A stretch of DNA of 64,000 bases from an uncultured Atribacterota bacterium (GCA_964636625.1 CAZWUL010000001.1:20534-84533); one strand, 5' to 3'; shown: positions 20,996 through 31,238, numbered from the stretch's first letter. Notes: generated by a model from the sequence alone, not told the origin. Program-made: numbers and translations.

Positions 20996-21936
20996 TAGCA
21001 AGTATTCTTAATGCTGATTTTATCGCATCTGTAATACGTATTGCTGTTCCATTGACATTAGCAGGATTAGGGGGAGTATTTTCTGAAAAATCAGGGGTAA
21101 TAAATATTGGTTTAGAGGGTATGATGCTAACCGGGGCTTTTGCTGCTGTAGCGGCAACAAATTTTACAGGCAATCCGTGGTTAGGGGTTGTATTTGCGAT
21201 TATTATTGGGATTTCGTTAGGCTTAATTCATGCAATTGTCACTGTTTCTTTTAGAGCAAATCAAATTGTCAGCGGTGTTGCTATTAATCTATTTGCCGGT
21301 GGTATTACCGTATTTTTGAGCTGGCTCTGGTTTCAAGAGTCACAAATAATGGTGCGAAGGAGTTTACCTATCTGGGGAGTAGATGTTCCAAAGGCAGGAG
21401 AAGCCCTGCCTTTGATTAGAAGTATGATTGTTGTTTTCGCTCACCATTCCCCACTTGTATATCTTACTTTAATTATTGTTCTAATATCTCATGTTATAAT
21501 ATTTAAAACACCCTTTGGTTTAAGATTACGAGCTGTGGGAGAATACCCTCATGCTGCAGATACTCTTGGTGTTAATGTTATAAATATGAGATATCTTGCT
21601 GTCATTATATCAGGAGCCCTGGCTGGCTTGGCTGGCTCATTCCTGTCAATTGAGCAAGCTCATTTTTTTGTTAGAGATATGAGTGGCGGAAGAGGATTTA
21701 TTGCATTGGCTGCTATGATTTTTGGTAAATGGACACCATTTGGCACAGTAGGCGCTGCTTTAATTTTTGGAATTGGAGAGGCGCTTGCTATAAGATTGCA
21801 AGGTATTTTTACAATACCTGTACAATTTATAAATATGGTACCTTACTTACTGGCAATATTTGTATTGGTGGGTGCAATAGGAAGATCGAATGCCCCTGCC
21901 GCAGATGGTGTTCCTTATGAAAAAGAAACTATTTGA
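20992..21936 (+). CDS. ABC transporter permease
   Basis: Multi-TM permease with ATGA overlap to the preceding permease. Confidence 0.8.
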   Translation: MIASILNADFIASVIRIAVPLTLAGLGGVFSEKSGVINIGLEGMMLTGAFAAVAATNFTGNPWLGVVFAIIIGISLGLIHAIVTVSFRANQIVSGVAINLFAGGITVFLSWLWFQESQIMVRRSLPIWGVDVPKAGEALPLIRSMIVVFAHHSPLVYLTLIIVLISHVIIFKTPFGLRLRAVGEYPHAADTLGVNVINMRYLAVIISGALAGLAGSFLSIEQAHFFVRDMSGGRGFIALAAMIFGKWTPFGTVGAALIFGIGEALAIRLQGIFTIPVQFINMVPYLLAIFVLVGAIGRSNAPAADGVPYEKETI

Positions 21937-21983
21937 AAAAGCGATTTCCAGATTCAATACTAAATTAGGAGTATTAATGTTAA

Positions 21984-22871
21984 ATGAAACAAATAGGAGA
22001 ATACTTAAAAAATAGAAGAATAGAGTTGGGTATTTCACTGGATGAAGCTGAACAATCCCTTAAAATAAGAAAAAAATACCTAATTGGTATCGAGGAGGGG
22101 AATGAAAACATTCTTCCTGGTAGAACTTATTTTATTGGTTATTTAAGAAATTATGCTAATTATCTTGATGCAGATCAGGAATATATCAGTAAATTATTAG
22201 AAGGAACAAAAGAAGCAGAAGAAGAAAAAAAAGCAATGGAAGAGGAGTTAAGAGAAGAACAACCAGAGAAAAAAAAAGTATCTAGAAAAAAAAGCAAAAG
22301 CACCGGCAAATATTTTTATCCAGATAAAAGAAAATACCGTCCAAAAAGAGAAAAAAGAAGTATTAACTATATTCCTTTTTTAAAAATCATAATTATCCTA
22401 ATCTTGCTTGGAGGTATTATTTTTGTTGTGAATCAATTCTTAAACAGGATGAAAGAACCTTCCACGCCTGTTAGCCAAAATGATAATAATAATTTCAAAA
22501 CCAGCGAAGTAGAAGAAAAATCCATTGAGGAAGAATTGGCACAGATGGCAGAGGAGAATTTAGAAAGTGAGGAAATTGAGCCTCTTACTGCAGAAGTATT
22601 TTTAGAACCGATACCTGGTTATAAGCCCGTAAAAATTGTAACCCAAGAACCAACATGGGTAAAGATAGTACACGATGAAGAAATATTATATGAGGACTTT
22701 GTTCTTTCCGAAGAAGAAGTAGCCATAAAATTGGAAGGACTGGTTTCGGTTATAACAACATCTTCTGATAGTATAAGTGTTTTCTATGACGATATTGAGA
22801 TAGAAGCCCAACCATCTGGTAATTATCGTCTTGTACAATATCAAATTGCTGCCAGTGCTGAGAATAATTAA
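21984..22871 (+). CDS. rodZ: RodZ-like cytoskeleton-associated protein (HTH_XRE + TM + DUF4115)
   Basis: N-terminal HTH (LKNRRIELGISLDEAEQSLKIRKKYLIGIE...YFIGYLRNYANYLD), charged linker, single TM segment and a C-terminal extracytoplasmic domain. Confidence 0.65.
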   Translation: MKQIGEYLKNRRIELGISLDEAEQSLKIRKKYLIGIEEGNENILPGRTYFIGYLRNYANYLDADQEYISKLLEGTKEAEEEKKAMEEELREEQPEKKKVSRKKSKSTGKYFYPDKRKYRPKREKRSINYIPFLKIIIILILLGGIIFVVNQFLNRMKEPSTPVSQNDNNNFKTSEVEEKSIEEELAQMAEENLESEEIEPLTAEVFLEPIPGYKPVKIVTQEPTWVKIVHDEEILYEDFVLSEEEVAIKLEGLVSVITTSSDSISVFYDDIEIEAQPSGNYRLVQYQIAASAENN

Positions 22872-22873
22872 AA

Positions 22874-23437
22874 ATGGGACAAATTACTTACCCCAAGCCT
22901 GTCAAATTAATATTTAGCATAATCAGTTCAAAAGATGATATTTTTACCAAAGGGAAGCATCGCTTGATTGAAATATATGGTCCTATAGATATGGAAAGTG
23001 AATACCAGTTATTTGATTTTACCGATTATTATAAAAGTGAAATGGGTAATTGTTTAAAACAAAAATTGGTAACTTTTGAAAAATTAATTACTCCAGATAT
23101 GCTTAGTCAAATAAAATGCGATAGTAATCATTTAGAACTGCAGTTAAGTATGGACAACAAAAACATAGGTCAGACAACGCAAAGAAAAGTAAATTTTGAT
23201 CCAGGCTATTTGACACTAGGTAAATTTGTATTAGCCAGTACAAAAAACGGAGCTGCTAGAATCTATCTAAATCAGGGGATATATTCCGAAATTACACTTA
23301 GATATGTTAAGAAATCATTCAGTCCTTTAGAGTGGACCTATAGAAATTATAAAACTGATTTATTTATTGAATTTCTTAATAAAGTAAGAGAAAAATATAA
23401 AATTCAATTAAAAGAAATTCCAAAAAATAACAATTAA
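22874..23437 (+). CDS. Hypothetical protein, DUF4416-like
   Basis: 187 aa, no recognisable catalytic motif. Starts 3 nt after the rodZ stop. Family assignment is from memory only. Confidence 0.45.
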   Translation: MGQITYPKPVKLIFSIISSKDDIFTKGKHRLIEIYGPIDMESEYQLFDFTDYYKSEMGNCLKQKLVTFEKLITPDMLSQIKCDSNHLELQLSMDNKNIGQTTQRKVNFDPGYLTLGKFVLASTKNGAARIYLNQGIYSEITLRYVKKSFSPLEWTYRNYKTDLFIEFLNKVREKYKIQLKEIPKNNN

Positions 23438-23557
23438 ATTAACAGATAATGTAAAAGGAGTTGAATAATTATAATTAGTGGTACAAAAAGAGTCTTTATT
23501 GCAGTTAATCTTGATAAAGAATTAAAACAATACCTTTCTATTGTTCAAGATGATATA

Positions 23558-24052
23558 ATGAAAAATAAAGATGCACAAGTACGTATAAAAACAGTTGATA
23601 AAAATAATTTTCACCTTTCTTTAAAATTCCTTGGCGACTTAAATATGTTGTCAATTGAAAAAACATTGATTGCACTGCAGAGATTATTATCCCACTATCA
23701 TTCTTTTAAAATTGCACTTTCAAGTAGACTGGGAGTATATCCTGATTTTAAAAAACCTCGTGTTATCTGGGCAGGCATTAAAGAAGGCAATGATGAATTA
23801 ATAAAAATATATCATGATATTGAAAGAAAACTAAAGGATGAATCATTTTATTGCTGTGATAAAAATTTTTCTCCACATATTACCCTGGGGAGGGTGAAAT
23901 ATATTAAATACCCAAAAAATTTAGCAGATTATTTAAGAACTATTAAATTAAAAGATATTTCCCAGGTTGTTCGTTCAATAGAGTTGATGGAAAGTGATTT
24001 AACAAGTAATGGCCCTATTTATAACGTGATAAGCAGTTTTCCATTTTTATAA
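23558..24052 (+). CDS. thpR: RNA 2',3'-cyclic phosphodiesterase (2H family, ThpR/LigT)
   Basis: Two HxT/S motifs (FHLSLKFLG and HITLGRV). The conserved N-terminal strand (RVFIAVNLDKELK...) is encoded in frame upstream of the first ATG. Confidence 0.7.
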   Translation: MKNKDAQVRIKTVDKNNFHLSLKFLGDLNMLSIEKTLIALQRLLSHYHSFKIALSSRLGVYPDFKKPRVIWAGIKEGNDELIKIYHDIERKLKDESFYCCDKNFSPHITLGRVKYIKYPKNLADYLRTIKLKDISQVVRSIELMESDLTSNGPIYNVISSFPFL

Positions 24053-24141
24053 TAAGAAGAATCCATCAAAGTATAATTATATTGAGTGTTTTGGAAATTA
24101 AAAAGGTAATTACTTAATAACATAAATATTAGGAGTATTTT

Positions 24142-25197
24142 ATGAAAGAAAGTAAAAATAATGTTTCAGAAAGAGAAAAAGCCTTAAAAATGGCCATGCA
24201 AAATATAGAGCATCGCTTTGGAAAAGGTTCAATAATGAAATTTAGTGATAGGCCGAAAGTTACAGAAAGTAATATCATTTCTACCGGTTCTCTGGCATTG
24301 GATATCGCATTGGGAATAGGTGGGGTACCCCGGGGGAGGGTTGTAGAAATATTTGGCCCGGAATCTTCAGGTAAGACAACATTGGCTTTACACATGATTG
24401 CTGAGGCGCAAAAAAATAAAGGGATAGTAGCATTTATTGATGCTGAACATGCTCTTGATCCCGCTTATGCAAAGAATATTGGTATAAATATTGATGAGTT
24501 AATTATATCTCAGCCCGATACTGGAGAACAGGCACTGGAAATTGCTGAATCGTTGGTTAGGAGTAATGCTGTTGATATTATTGTAGTTGATTCGGTAGCA
24601 GCCTTGGTTCCAAAGGCAGAAATTGAGGGCGATATGGGAGATTCATCAATGGGATTACAGGCCAGATTAATGTCCCAAGCATTAAGAAAACTAACTGCTA
24701 TAATTAACAAATCAAGAACAACAATGATATTTGTTAATCAAATACGAGAAAAAATAGGAATAATTTTTGGGAATCCTGAAACTACTCCTGGCGGAAGGGC
24801 ATTAAAATTTTATTCAACAATAAGACTGGATATCAGAAGAAAGGCTTCAATCAAGAAAAATGATACAAATATCGGCATATCTGCTAAAGTCAAAGTTGTA
24901 AAAAATAAATTAGCCCCACCTTTTCAGGAAGCTACCTTTGATATTATCTTTGGCAAGGGGATTTCCAGAGAGGGGGATATATTTAATTTAGGAGTTATGT
25001 ATAATATTATCCAAAAATCAGGTACCTGGTTTTCTTATAACGATATGCAGTTAGGCCAGGGTAAAGAAAATACAAAATTATATTTTTTAGAGAACCCGGA
25101 ATTATCTAAAGAAATTGAGAAAAAAATATTAATTGCCGCAAAACTTCCCGGAACAGAGGGAGAACAACCCGATACTAAAGATGAACAAAGCACATAA
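24142..25197 (+). CDS. recA: Recombinase RecA
   Basis: Walker [10 protein letters not shown] plus L1/L2 loop regions, 351 aa. Confidence 0.97.
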   Translation: MKESKNNVSEREKALKMAMQNIEHRFGKGSIMKFSDRPKVTESNIISTGSLALDIALGIGGVPRGRVVEIFGPESSGKTTLALHMIAEAQKNKGIVAFIDAEHALDPAYAKNIGINIDELIISQPDTGEQALEIAESLVRSNAVDIIVVDSVAALVPKAEIEGDMGDSSMGLQARLMSQALRKLTAIINKSRTTMIFVNQIREKIGIIFGNPETTPGGRALKFYSTIRLDIRRKASIKKNDTNIGISAKVKVVKNKLAPPFQEATFDIIFGKGISREGDIFNLGVMYNIIQKSGTWFSYNDMQLGQGKENTKLYFLENPELSKEIEKKILIAAKLPGTEGEQPDTKDEQST

Positions 25198-25813
25198 AAT
25201 TACCGACATACAGTTAAAAAGAAATATTGTAAAAATATATGTTGATAACAATTTTTTTGTTGAGACTGAATCTGTAATATTAAGTGATTTTGACTTATAT
25301 ATTGGAAAAGATATAAGTAATGAAATTATTGATAATATAAGGAAAAAAGAAGCCTTTCGTAAAGCAAAAAATGATGTTATACGTTTTTTATCATATCGTT
25401 TCCGTTCTGAATGGGAGGTAGTTAATAAATTAAAACGAAAAAAATATTCAACAAATACAATAAATGAAATAATTCATTGGTTAAAAGAAAAAGAATTGAT
25501 TAATGACAGAGAATTTTCCTTAATGTGGATCAAAGATCGCATGGCTAATAAACCACTGGGAAAATTGAAAATAAAAAAAGAATTAAGGCAAAAAGGCATC
25601 AAAGAAAATATTATTGATAATGTAATAAGTATTTTTTTTGAAAAAGAAGAAGATGAATTGGAGATTGCCTATCAATTAATTGAAAGGAAAAAGCATGCTT
25701 TAAAGCTTAAAAATATTAAATTAGAGCCAAAATATATTATTAGCATGTTAAAAAATCGCGGCTTTTCTTACAGTGTGATAAATAATATCTATGATAAAAT
25801 TATAAACGACTAA
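25133..25813 (+). CDS. recX: Regulatory protein RecX (likely start at 25181)
   Basis: Helical-repeat RecX-like protein immediately downstream of and overlapping recA. Confidence 0.7.
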   Translation: MPQNFPEQRENNPILKMNKAHKITDIQLKRNIVKIYVDNNFFVETESVILSDFDLYIGKDISNEIIDNIRKKEAFRKAKNDVIRFLSYRFRSEWEVVNKLKRKKYSTNTINEIIHWLKEKELINDREFSLMWIKDRMANKPLGKLKIKKELRQKGIKENIIDNVISIFFEKEEDELEIAYQLIERKKHALKLKNIKLEPKYIISMLKNRGFSYSVINNIYDKIIND

Positions 25814-26115
25814 ATATATTTTTCATAATTTACTAAAAAATAAAATAATAGTAACAAAAATAGAATTTTAATTTATAGTGGAGTCTTGTAAAAAAGTAAT
25901 ATGGCAGTAATTCAACGCTATTTGACTTTTATTTTTTATAGAGATAAAATATATAAGTTAATATTAATATAAGTATATCCTTAATTTTTTAATTTGTTCT
26001 TAGTTTTTAACAGATAGCTGAAGCATAAGCATAAATTGTTTTTTACTAATATGTAATGTAGTATATTTTAATGTGTTGTGAATATAATTTTTGAACCTTT
26101 TAAATTGAATAGGGG

Positions 26116-27657
26116 GTGAAAGCCATTAATACATCTATTTTTTCTATTGCAACAATTTTGTTGGGCATACTAATTGGCTTTTTGTTAACTAATTTTTTTG
26201 CAAAAACAAAATTATCTTCATCAGAAAAGGCGAGCAATCAAATTATTGAAAATGCTAACAAAGAAGCTGAATCAATAAAAAAAGAAGCTCAATTACAAGC
26301 GAAAGAAGAAACTTATCAAATTATAAGAAAAAGCGAAATAGAATGCCAACAAAAAAGAAATAAGTTAGAAAACATTAACGAACAACTTATCAAAAAAAGC
26401 AATAATCTTGTGCAAAAATTAGAACTAATCGAAAAAAGACAGAAGGATATAACTATTAAAGAACAAGAAATTGAAAAAAAATCACAAGAAATCACTCAAA
26501 TTTACCAAAAACAGAGAGATGAATTAGTTCGTATATCGAAATTAAATATTGAGGAAGCAAAAAAAGATTTACTTGGTAGATTGGAAAAAGAATTAGATCA
26601 TGAGGCAGGTAAATTAATTAAAACTGTTGAAGAACAAGCTAAAGAGGATGCTGAGAAAAAGGTGCGCAACATTATTGCTCTTGCAATTCAACGTTATTCT
26701 TCTGACTATACAGTAGAGTCAACTATATCAGTTGTCTCTCTTCCTAATGAAGACATGAAAGGAAGAATAATCGGAAGAGAGGGCAGAAACATCAGAACTT
26801 TTGAAAGAATAGCCGGAGTTGATTTAATAGTTGACGATACCCCGGAGGCAGTTATTATTTCGGGTTTCGATCCTGTAAGGCGTGAAATAGCCAGGATTGC
26901 CCTGGAGAAGTTAATCACTGATGGTAGAATACAACCAGCCAGGATAGAGGAAGTAATAGAAAGTTCAAAGAAAATTGTTGAGAGTAATATAAAAGAAGAA
27001 GGAGAAAAGGCAGTATTTGATACGAATGTAAGGAATTTAAGCCCAAAATTGGTTAATATTTTAGGTAAACTAAAATATAGAACAAGTTACGGACAAAATG
27101 TTTTACAGCATTCAAAAGAAGTTGCTTATTTTGCTGGAATTATGGCAGATGAGTTAGGATTAAATTCAACTTTCTGTAAAAGGGCGGGATTGTTACATGA
27201 TATTGGGAAAGCTGCTGATATGGAAATTGAAGGTCCTCATGCATTAATTGGAGCTGACATAGCTAGAAAAAATGGCGAGTCACAAAAAATTGTAAATGCA
27301 ATTGCTGCTCATCATGAAGACGAAAAGCCTGAAACAGTTGAAGCTATATTAGTTCAGGCAGCAGATGCAATTTCAGCTTCAAGGCCGGGAGCTAGAAGAG
27401 AAATGCTAGAAACTTATATCAAGAGATTAAAAGAATTAGAAGAAATAGCTAATTCTTTCGAAGGTGTTGAAAAATGTTATGCAATTCAAGCTGGTAGAGA
27501 AATAAGGATTATAGTAAATCCTGAAGAAATTGATGATTATTTATCAGCAAAATTATCAAGGGATATTTCAAAAAAGATTGAAAAAAATATTGATTACCCT
27601 GGCCAAGTAAAAGTAAATGTTATAAGAGAGACTCGCTCAGTAGAGTATGCAAAATAA
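26116..27657 (+). CDS. rny: Ribonuclease Y
   Basis: N-terminal TM, coiled coil, KH domain and HD domain (LLHDIGK...HH), 513 aa. GTG start. Confidence 0.92.
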   Translation: MKAINTSIFSIATILLGILIGFLLTNFFAKTKLSSSEKASNQIIENANKEAESIKKEAQLQAKEETYQIIRKSEIECQQKRNKLENINEQLIKKSNNLVQKLELIEKRQKDITIKEQEIEKKSQEITQIYQKQRDELVRISKLNIEEAKKDLLGRLEKELDHEAGKLIKTVEEQAKEDAEKKVRNIIALAIQRYSSDYTVESTISVVSLPNEDMKGRIIGREGRNIRTFERIAGVDLIVDDTPEAVIISGFDPVRREIARIALEKLITDGRIQPARIEEVIESSKKIVESNIKEEGEKAVFDTNVRNLSPKLVNILGKLKYRTSYGQNVLQHSKEVAYFAGIMADELGLNSTFCKRAGLLHDIGKAADMEIEGPHALIGADIARKNGESQKIVNAIAAHHEDEKPETVEAILVQAADAISASRPGARREMLETYIKRLKELEEIANSFEGVEKCYAIQAGREIRIIVNPEEIDDYLSAKLSRDISKKIEKNIDYPGQVKVNVIRETRSVEYAK

Positions 27658-27675
27658 AAAAATAAAAGCAATTAT

Positions 27676-27724
27676 AAGAGAAGGAGTTATATAGGTAATT
27701 TGATATATCTCCTTCTCTTTTAGT
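27676..27724 (+). terminator. Intrinsic terminator after rny
   Basis: 11-bp stem AAGAGAAGGAG/CTCCTTCTCTT with a 22-nt loop, followed by TTTAGTTTT. Confidence 0.55.
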
Positions 27725-27816
27725 TTTATAATACTTTATACTGATACTATTATGAATAATAGTGAAAAATTATATAAAAAATACAAACAATAATACGAAT
27801 AGGAAATATATAAGTT

Positions 27817-29169
27817 ATGCCAACATACTATATAAAAACTTTTGGTTGTCAAATGAACGTAAATGACTCTGAAATTATTGCAGGACAGTTAGAAGATATG
27901 GGCTATGAAATGACTTCTGATATTAGCAATTCAAATATAATTATTCTTAATACATGCTGTGTCAGAAAAAAAGTTGAACATAAAATATACAGTATGGCGG
28001 GAAGGGCTAGTCAAATAAAAAAAGCAAATCCCGGGGTTATTTTAGGAATCTGCGGTTGTCTGGCACAAAAAGAAAAAGAAAATATACAAAAAAAAGTACC
28101 ATCAGCAGACTTAGTGTTTGGGCCATCTCAGGCTCCATCTTTTAACTCCATCCTGGAACAATATTTGATAAACAAAAAAAGAATAGTTGAATGTAATAAT
28201 AGGGAACTGTTTAATATACAACATGTCCCAATTAAGCATTATAATCAAATATCAGCCTTTGTACAGATTATGAAAGGATGCAATAATTTTTGTTCTTATT
28301 GCATAGTTCCTTTTACAAGAGGTCCTGAAGAAAGCAGACCGTCTGAGGATATAATAAGTGAAATCAATAAATTAGCAAATATAGGCTATAAAGAGGTATT
28401 TTTATTGGGTCAAAATGTAAATTCTTATGGAGTTGATATAATAAATCATGATAATTTCGTTAACTTATTGACAAAAATTAATAATATTGAAAAGATAAAA
28501 AGAATAAGATTTACTACATCACATCCTAAAGATTTTAATCTTGAGTTGATAAAAATTATTAAAAATGGCAAAAAAATATGTGAACACATTCATTTGCCAA
28601 TTCAATCTGGCTCAGATAAGATACTTAAGAGAATGAACAGGAAATATGACATGGCACAATACTATCAAATTATAAGACATATCAGAAATAATATGCCTGA
28701 TGCCAGTATAACCACAGATGCAATGGTTGGTTTTCCAGGAGAAACAGAAAATGACTTCAGATATACCTTAGAAGCATTTAAAGAGATTCAATTTGATTCT
28801 GCTTATACCTTCATGTATTCAAATAGAGAAAAAACATTGGCATCATTGTTTGATTTTCAGGTTGATTATAAGATAAAAAAAGAAAGGTTATGGAAACTGA
28901 TTGATATACAAAAAAAGATATCATATCAAAAAAATAAAAAACTAATTGGTAAAACAGTAGAGATATTAATTGAAAATAAGTCCAAAAAAGATGTCACAAA
29001 TCAATACTGGGGCAAAACACGAACCAATAAAGTAGTAGTATTTTTAAATAAAAATTATTATGAGAGAAAGAAATGTAGTGGGCTAATTGGCAAATTTGCA
29101 GAAATTATTATTCACAACGTAGATGCTTATACATTGTATGGGGAACTCGTTAATGTTAAAGAAAAATAA
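27817..29169 (+). CDS. miaB: tRNA-2-methylthio-N6-dimethylallyladenosine synthase MiaB
   Basis: MTTase N domain, radical SAM CNNFCSYC and TRAM domain, 450 aa. Followed by miaA. Confidence 0.85.
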   Translation: MPTYYIKTFGCQMNVNDSEIIAGQLEDMGYEMTSDISNSNIIILNTCCVRKKVEHKIYSMAGRASQIKKANPGVILGICGCLAQKEKENIQKKVPSADLVFGPSQAPSFNSILEQYLINKKRIVECNNRELFNIQHVPIKHYNQISAFVQIMKGCNNFCSYCIVPFTRGPEESRPSEDIISEINKLANIGYKEVFLLGQNVNSYGVDIINHDNFVNLLTKINNIEKIKRIRFTTSHPKDFNLELIKIIKNGKKICEHIHLPIQSGSDKILKRMNRKYDMAQYYQIIRHIRNNMPDASITTDAMVGFPGETENDFRYTLEAFKEIQFDSAYTFMYSNREKTLASLFDFQVDYKIKKERLWKLIDIQKKISYQKNKKLIGKTVEILIENKSKKDVTNQYWGKTRTNKVVVFLNKNYYERKKCSGLIGKFAEIIIHNVDAYTLYGELVNVKEK

Positions 29170-30127
29170 TATTGTTATACTCACAGGCCCAACAGGAGTA
29201 GGCAAGACTAATATATCTATCAGAATCGCTAAATATATCCCTGAAATTGAAATAATTTCAGCTGACTCAATGCAGATCTATAAAGACCTTAATATTGGAA
29301 CAGATAAGCCTGATATCAGCATTTTAAAGAAATACCCTCACCATTGTATAGATATAGTTTCTCCTATAAAAAATTATGACGTAATGCAATATTTTAACTA
29401 CTCTCATAAATGTATTAAAAATATACTTTCACGAAATAAAAAACCGCTAATAGTGGGAGGTACAGGTCTCTATTTAAAATCATTTATTGAGCCTATTTTT
29501 GATGGACCTGGGAAAAATACAAATATTCGTGCTAATTTAACAAAAATCGCAGCTGATAAGGGAAATAACTTTTTATATGATGAGCTGAAGAAAATTGATG
29601 CTGAATATTCTGCTAAAATTAGTAAAAATGATATAAAGAGAATTATCAGGGGATTAGAAGTATATTATTTAACCGGCCATAAATTATCTTATTTCCACCA
29701 TAAAAGTAAGGATAATGTTTATCAAAATAAACCAAATTACAATTTTTATATTATATGCCTTTTTATGAAAAGAGAAAAAATGTATCAAAAAATAAATGAA
29801 CGAGTAGAAGAGATGATAAAAAAGGGGTTAATTGACGAAACAAAAAATATAATAAATAAATATAAAAAAGAAAATATTAATTTTAAACAATGTACGGCAA
29901 TGCAAGGCTTGGGCTACAAACAGCTACTATTGCATTTAAGAGGTTATATTTCTCTAAATGAAGCTATTGAAACAATAAAAAAAGAAACCCGTCATTTTTC
30001 TAAAAGACAATTAAGCTGGTTTAGAAATCAAATTTCTGTAGACTATTGGATAAATATAGATGAATATAAAAACCTGGAGGAATGTTCCAAAAAAATTATA
30101 AATATAATTAAAAGTATGGGATACTAA
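29123..30127 (+). CDS. miaA: tRNA dimethylallyltransferase MiaA (likely start at 29153)
   Basis: P-loop GPTGVGKT and IPT family features, 334 aa. Confidence 0.88.
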   Translation: MLIHCMGNSLMLKKNNIVILTGPTGVGKTNISIRIAKYIPEIEIISADSMQIYKDLNIGTDKPDISILKKYPHHCIDIVSPIKNYDVMQYFNYSHKCIKNILSRNKKPLIVGGTGLYLKSFIEPIFDGPGKNTNIRANLTKIAADKGNNFLYDELKKIDAEYSAKISKNDIKRIIRGLEVYYLTGHKLSYFHHKSKDNVYQNKPNYNFYIICLFMKREKMYQKINERVEEMIKKGLIDETKNIINKYKKENINFKQCTAMQGLGYKQLLLHLRGYISLNEAIETIKKETRHFSKRQLSWFRNQISVDYWINIDEYKNLEECSKKIINIIKSMGY

Positions 30128-30176
30128 TAAATATTGCAAATAATTTAGAAATGTGGTATATTACAAAAAATATACT

Positions 30177-30204
30177 ACGTCCGATAATGTATCTTATGTA
30201 AAGT
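30177..30204. other. Candidate dif site (XerC/XerD chromosome dimer resolution site) at the replication terminus
   Basis: ACGTCCGATAATGTATCTTATGTAAAGT matches B. subtilis dif ACTTCCTAGAATATATATTATGTAAACT at 22/28 positions and the XerD arm TTATGTAAA exactly. It lies exactly where the gene strand switches. Confidence 0.6.
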
Positions 30205-30573
30205 TATTATTTTATTAATAAAAACTGGTTAGTATATATTTTTTGAAGTTATCTCTCTTATATCACCGTCATAAGTAACAGGGTTGTTTAACAATTTTGA
30301 CTATATTCCCCTTTTATAATATTGCAATATCTTCTGATATAAATACAAAGTACAAAGTTTAAAGTCTCACGATTTGAATAAAAAGTATCACTTAGTAAAA
30401 ATTATGTTCTTCCCCGTGTCTGATTCCAGCAAAGATGATGATTTTTTGTCGTTTTCCCGGTCATCTGCAATTCGGATACTGATTCTAAGACAATAGAGCG
30501 AAGATTGGCAGTATTTTTGTAAAGTTAATACTAATTTCTTATGATTATACCCCTTCTTTATCGGGTATTCATA

Positions 30574-31113
30574 CTACTTTAATTTATCAATTAGCTGGTA
30601 GATAAAATTAATATTTCCTTCATTATCATCAGGAAATTCTTGGGCAAAATCGTGCATTGAAAGGATTAATAAGCGTATCAGTCTTTCTTTGTCTTTATCT
30701 GAAATGTCCAGGTTATTCTTCTCTTCTGCACTATATACTAAAAATCTCATAAGCATGAAAATATGACTTTTTAGGTCTGAGATTAATTTATTATCAATTT
30801 TGTTACTTAAAAATTCTCTCCCAAATATTCTGAGCCTTACTATTTCATTATAAAGAACTTCAACAAATTCATGTGCAGTTTTCTCTTTTTCGATAATATT
30901 ATTTAGAGAAAAAAATATCTGATCAAAACTCAGTTTGAATGATTTTAGAAATAATTCTTGCTTATCAGAATAGTAATTGTAAAGCGTTCCTACAGAAATA
31001 CCGACCTCTTGGGCAACCATTTTCATAGTTACATTATTATAACCATTGTCTGCAAAAAGATTAAAAGCAGAAATATTTATTCTTTCTTCTATATTATCAA
31101 GAATCTTTGGCAA
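30574..31113 (-). CDS. TetR/AcrR family transcriptional regulator
   Basis: N-terminal HTH (NVTMKMVAQEVGISVGTLYNYYSDKQELF), 179 aa. Confidence 0.85.
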   Translation of the reverse strand: MPKILDNIEERINISAFNLFADNGYNNVTMKMVAQEVGISVGTLYNYYSDKQELFLKSFKLSFDQIFFSLNNIIEKEKTAHEFVEVLYNEIVRLRIFGREFLSNKIDNKLISDLKSHIFMLMRFLVYSAEEKNNLDISDKDKERLIRLLILSMHDFAQEFPDDNEGNINFIYQLIDKLK

Positions 31114-31127
31114 TTGGTAACCCCTAC

Positions 31128-31174
31128 TATTATGAATACATATTCATAATATATCAAAGAAATACTTTTGTCAA
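31128..31174 (-). promoter_or_regulatory. tetR promoter (TTGACA, 17 nt, TATTAT) with overlapping palindromic operator
   Basis: Inverted repeat TATTATGAATA-ca-TATTCATAATA (31128-31151) overlaps the -10 hexamer, 15 nt upstream of the tetR start. Confidence 0.55.
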
Positions 31175-31238
31175 AATATATGGCAAGTAATTAAGTTATT
31201 GTTGCTAAATTATAAGAATAATTTAATTATATGTACAG

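Noticed and set aside
24052-24142. Looked for a LexA (Cheo box GAAC-N4-GTTC) site upstream of recA
   Set aside because: No match is present in the 90-bp spacer or the 3' end of thpR, so no SOS box can be claimed from the sequence.
30958-31149. 63-aa + strand ORF overlapping tetR
   Set aside because: It is antisense to the well-supported TetR HTH region and has no RBS.
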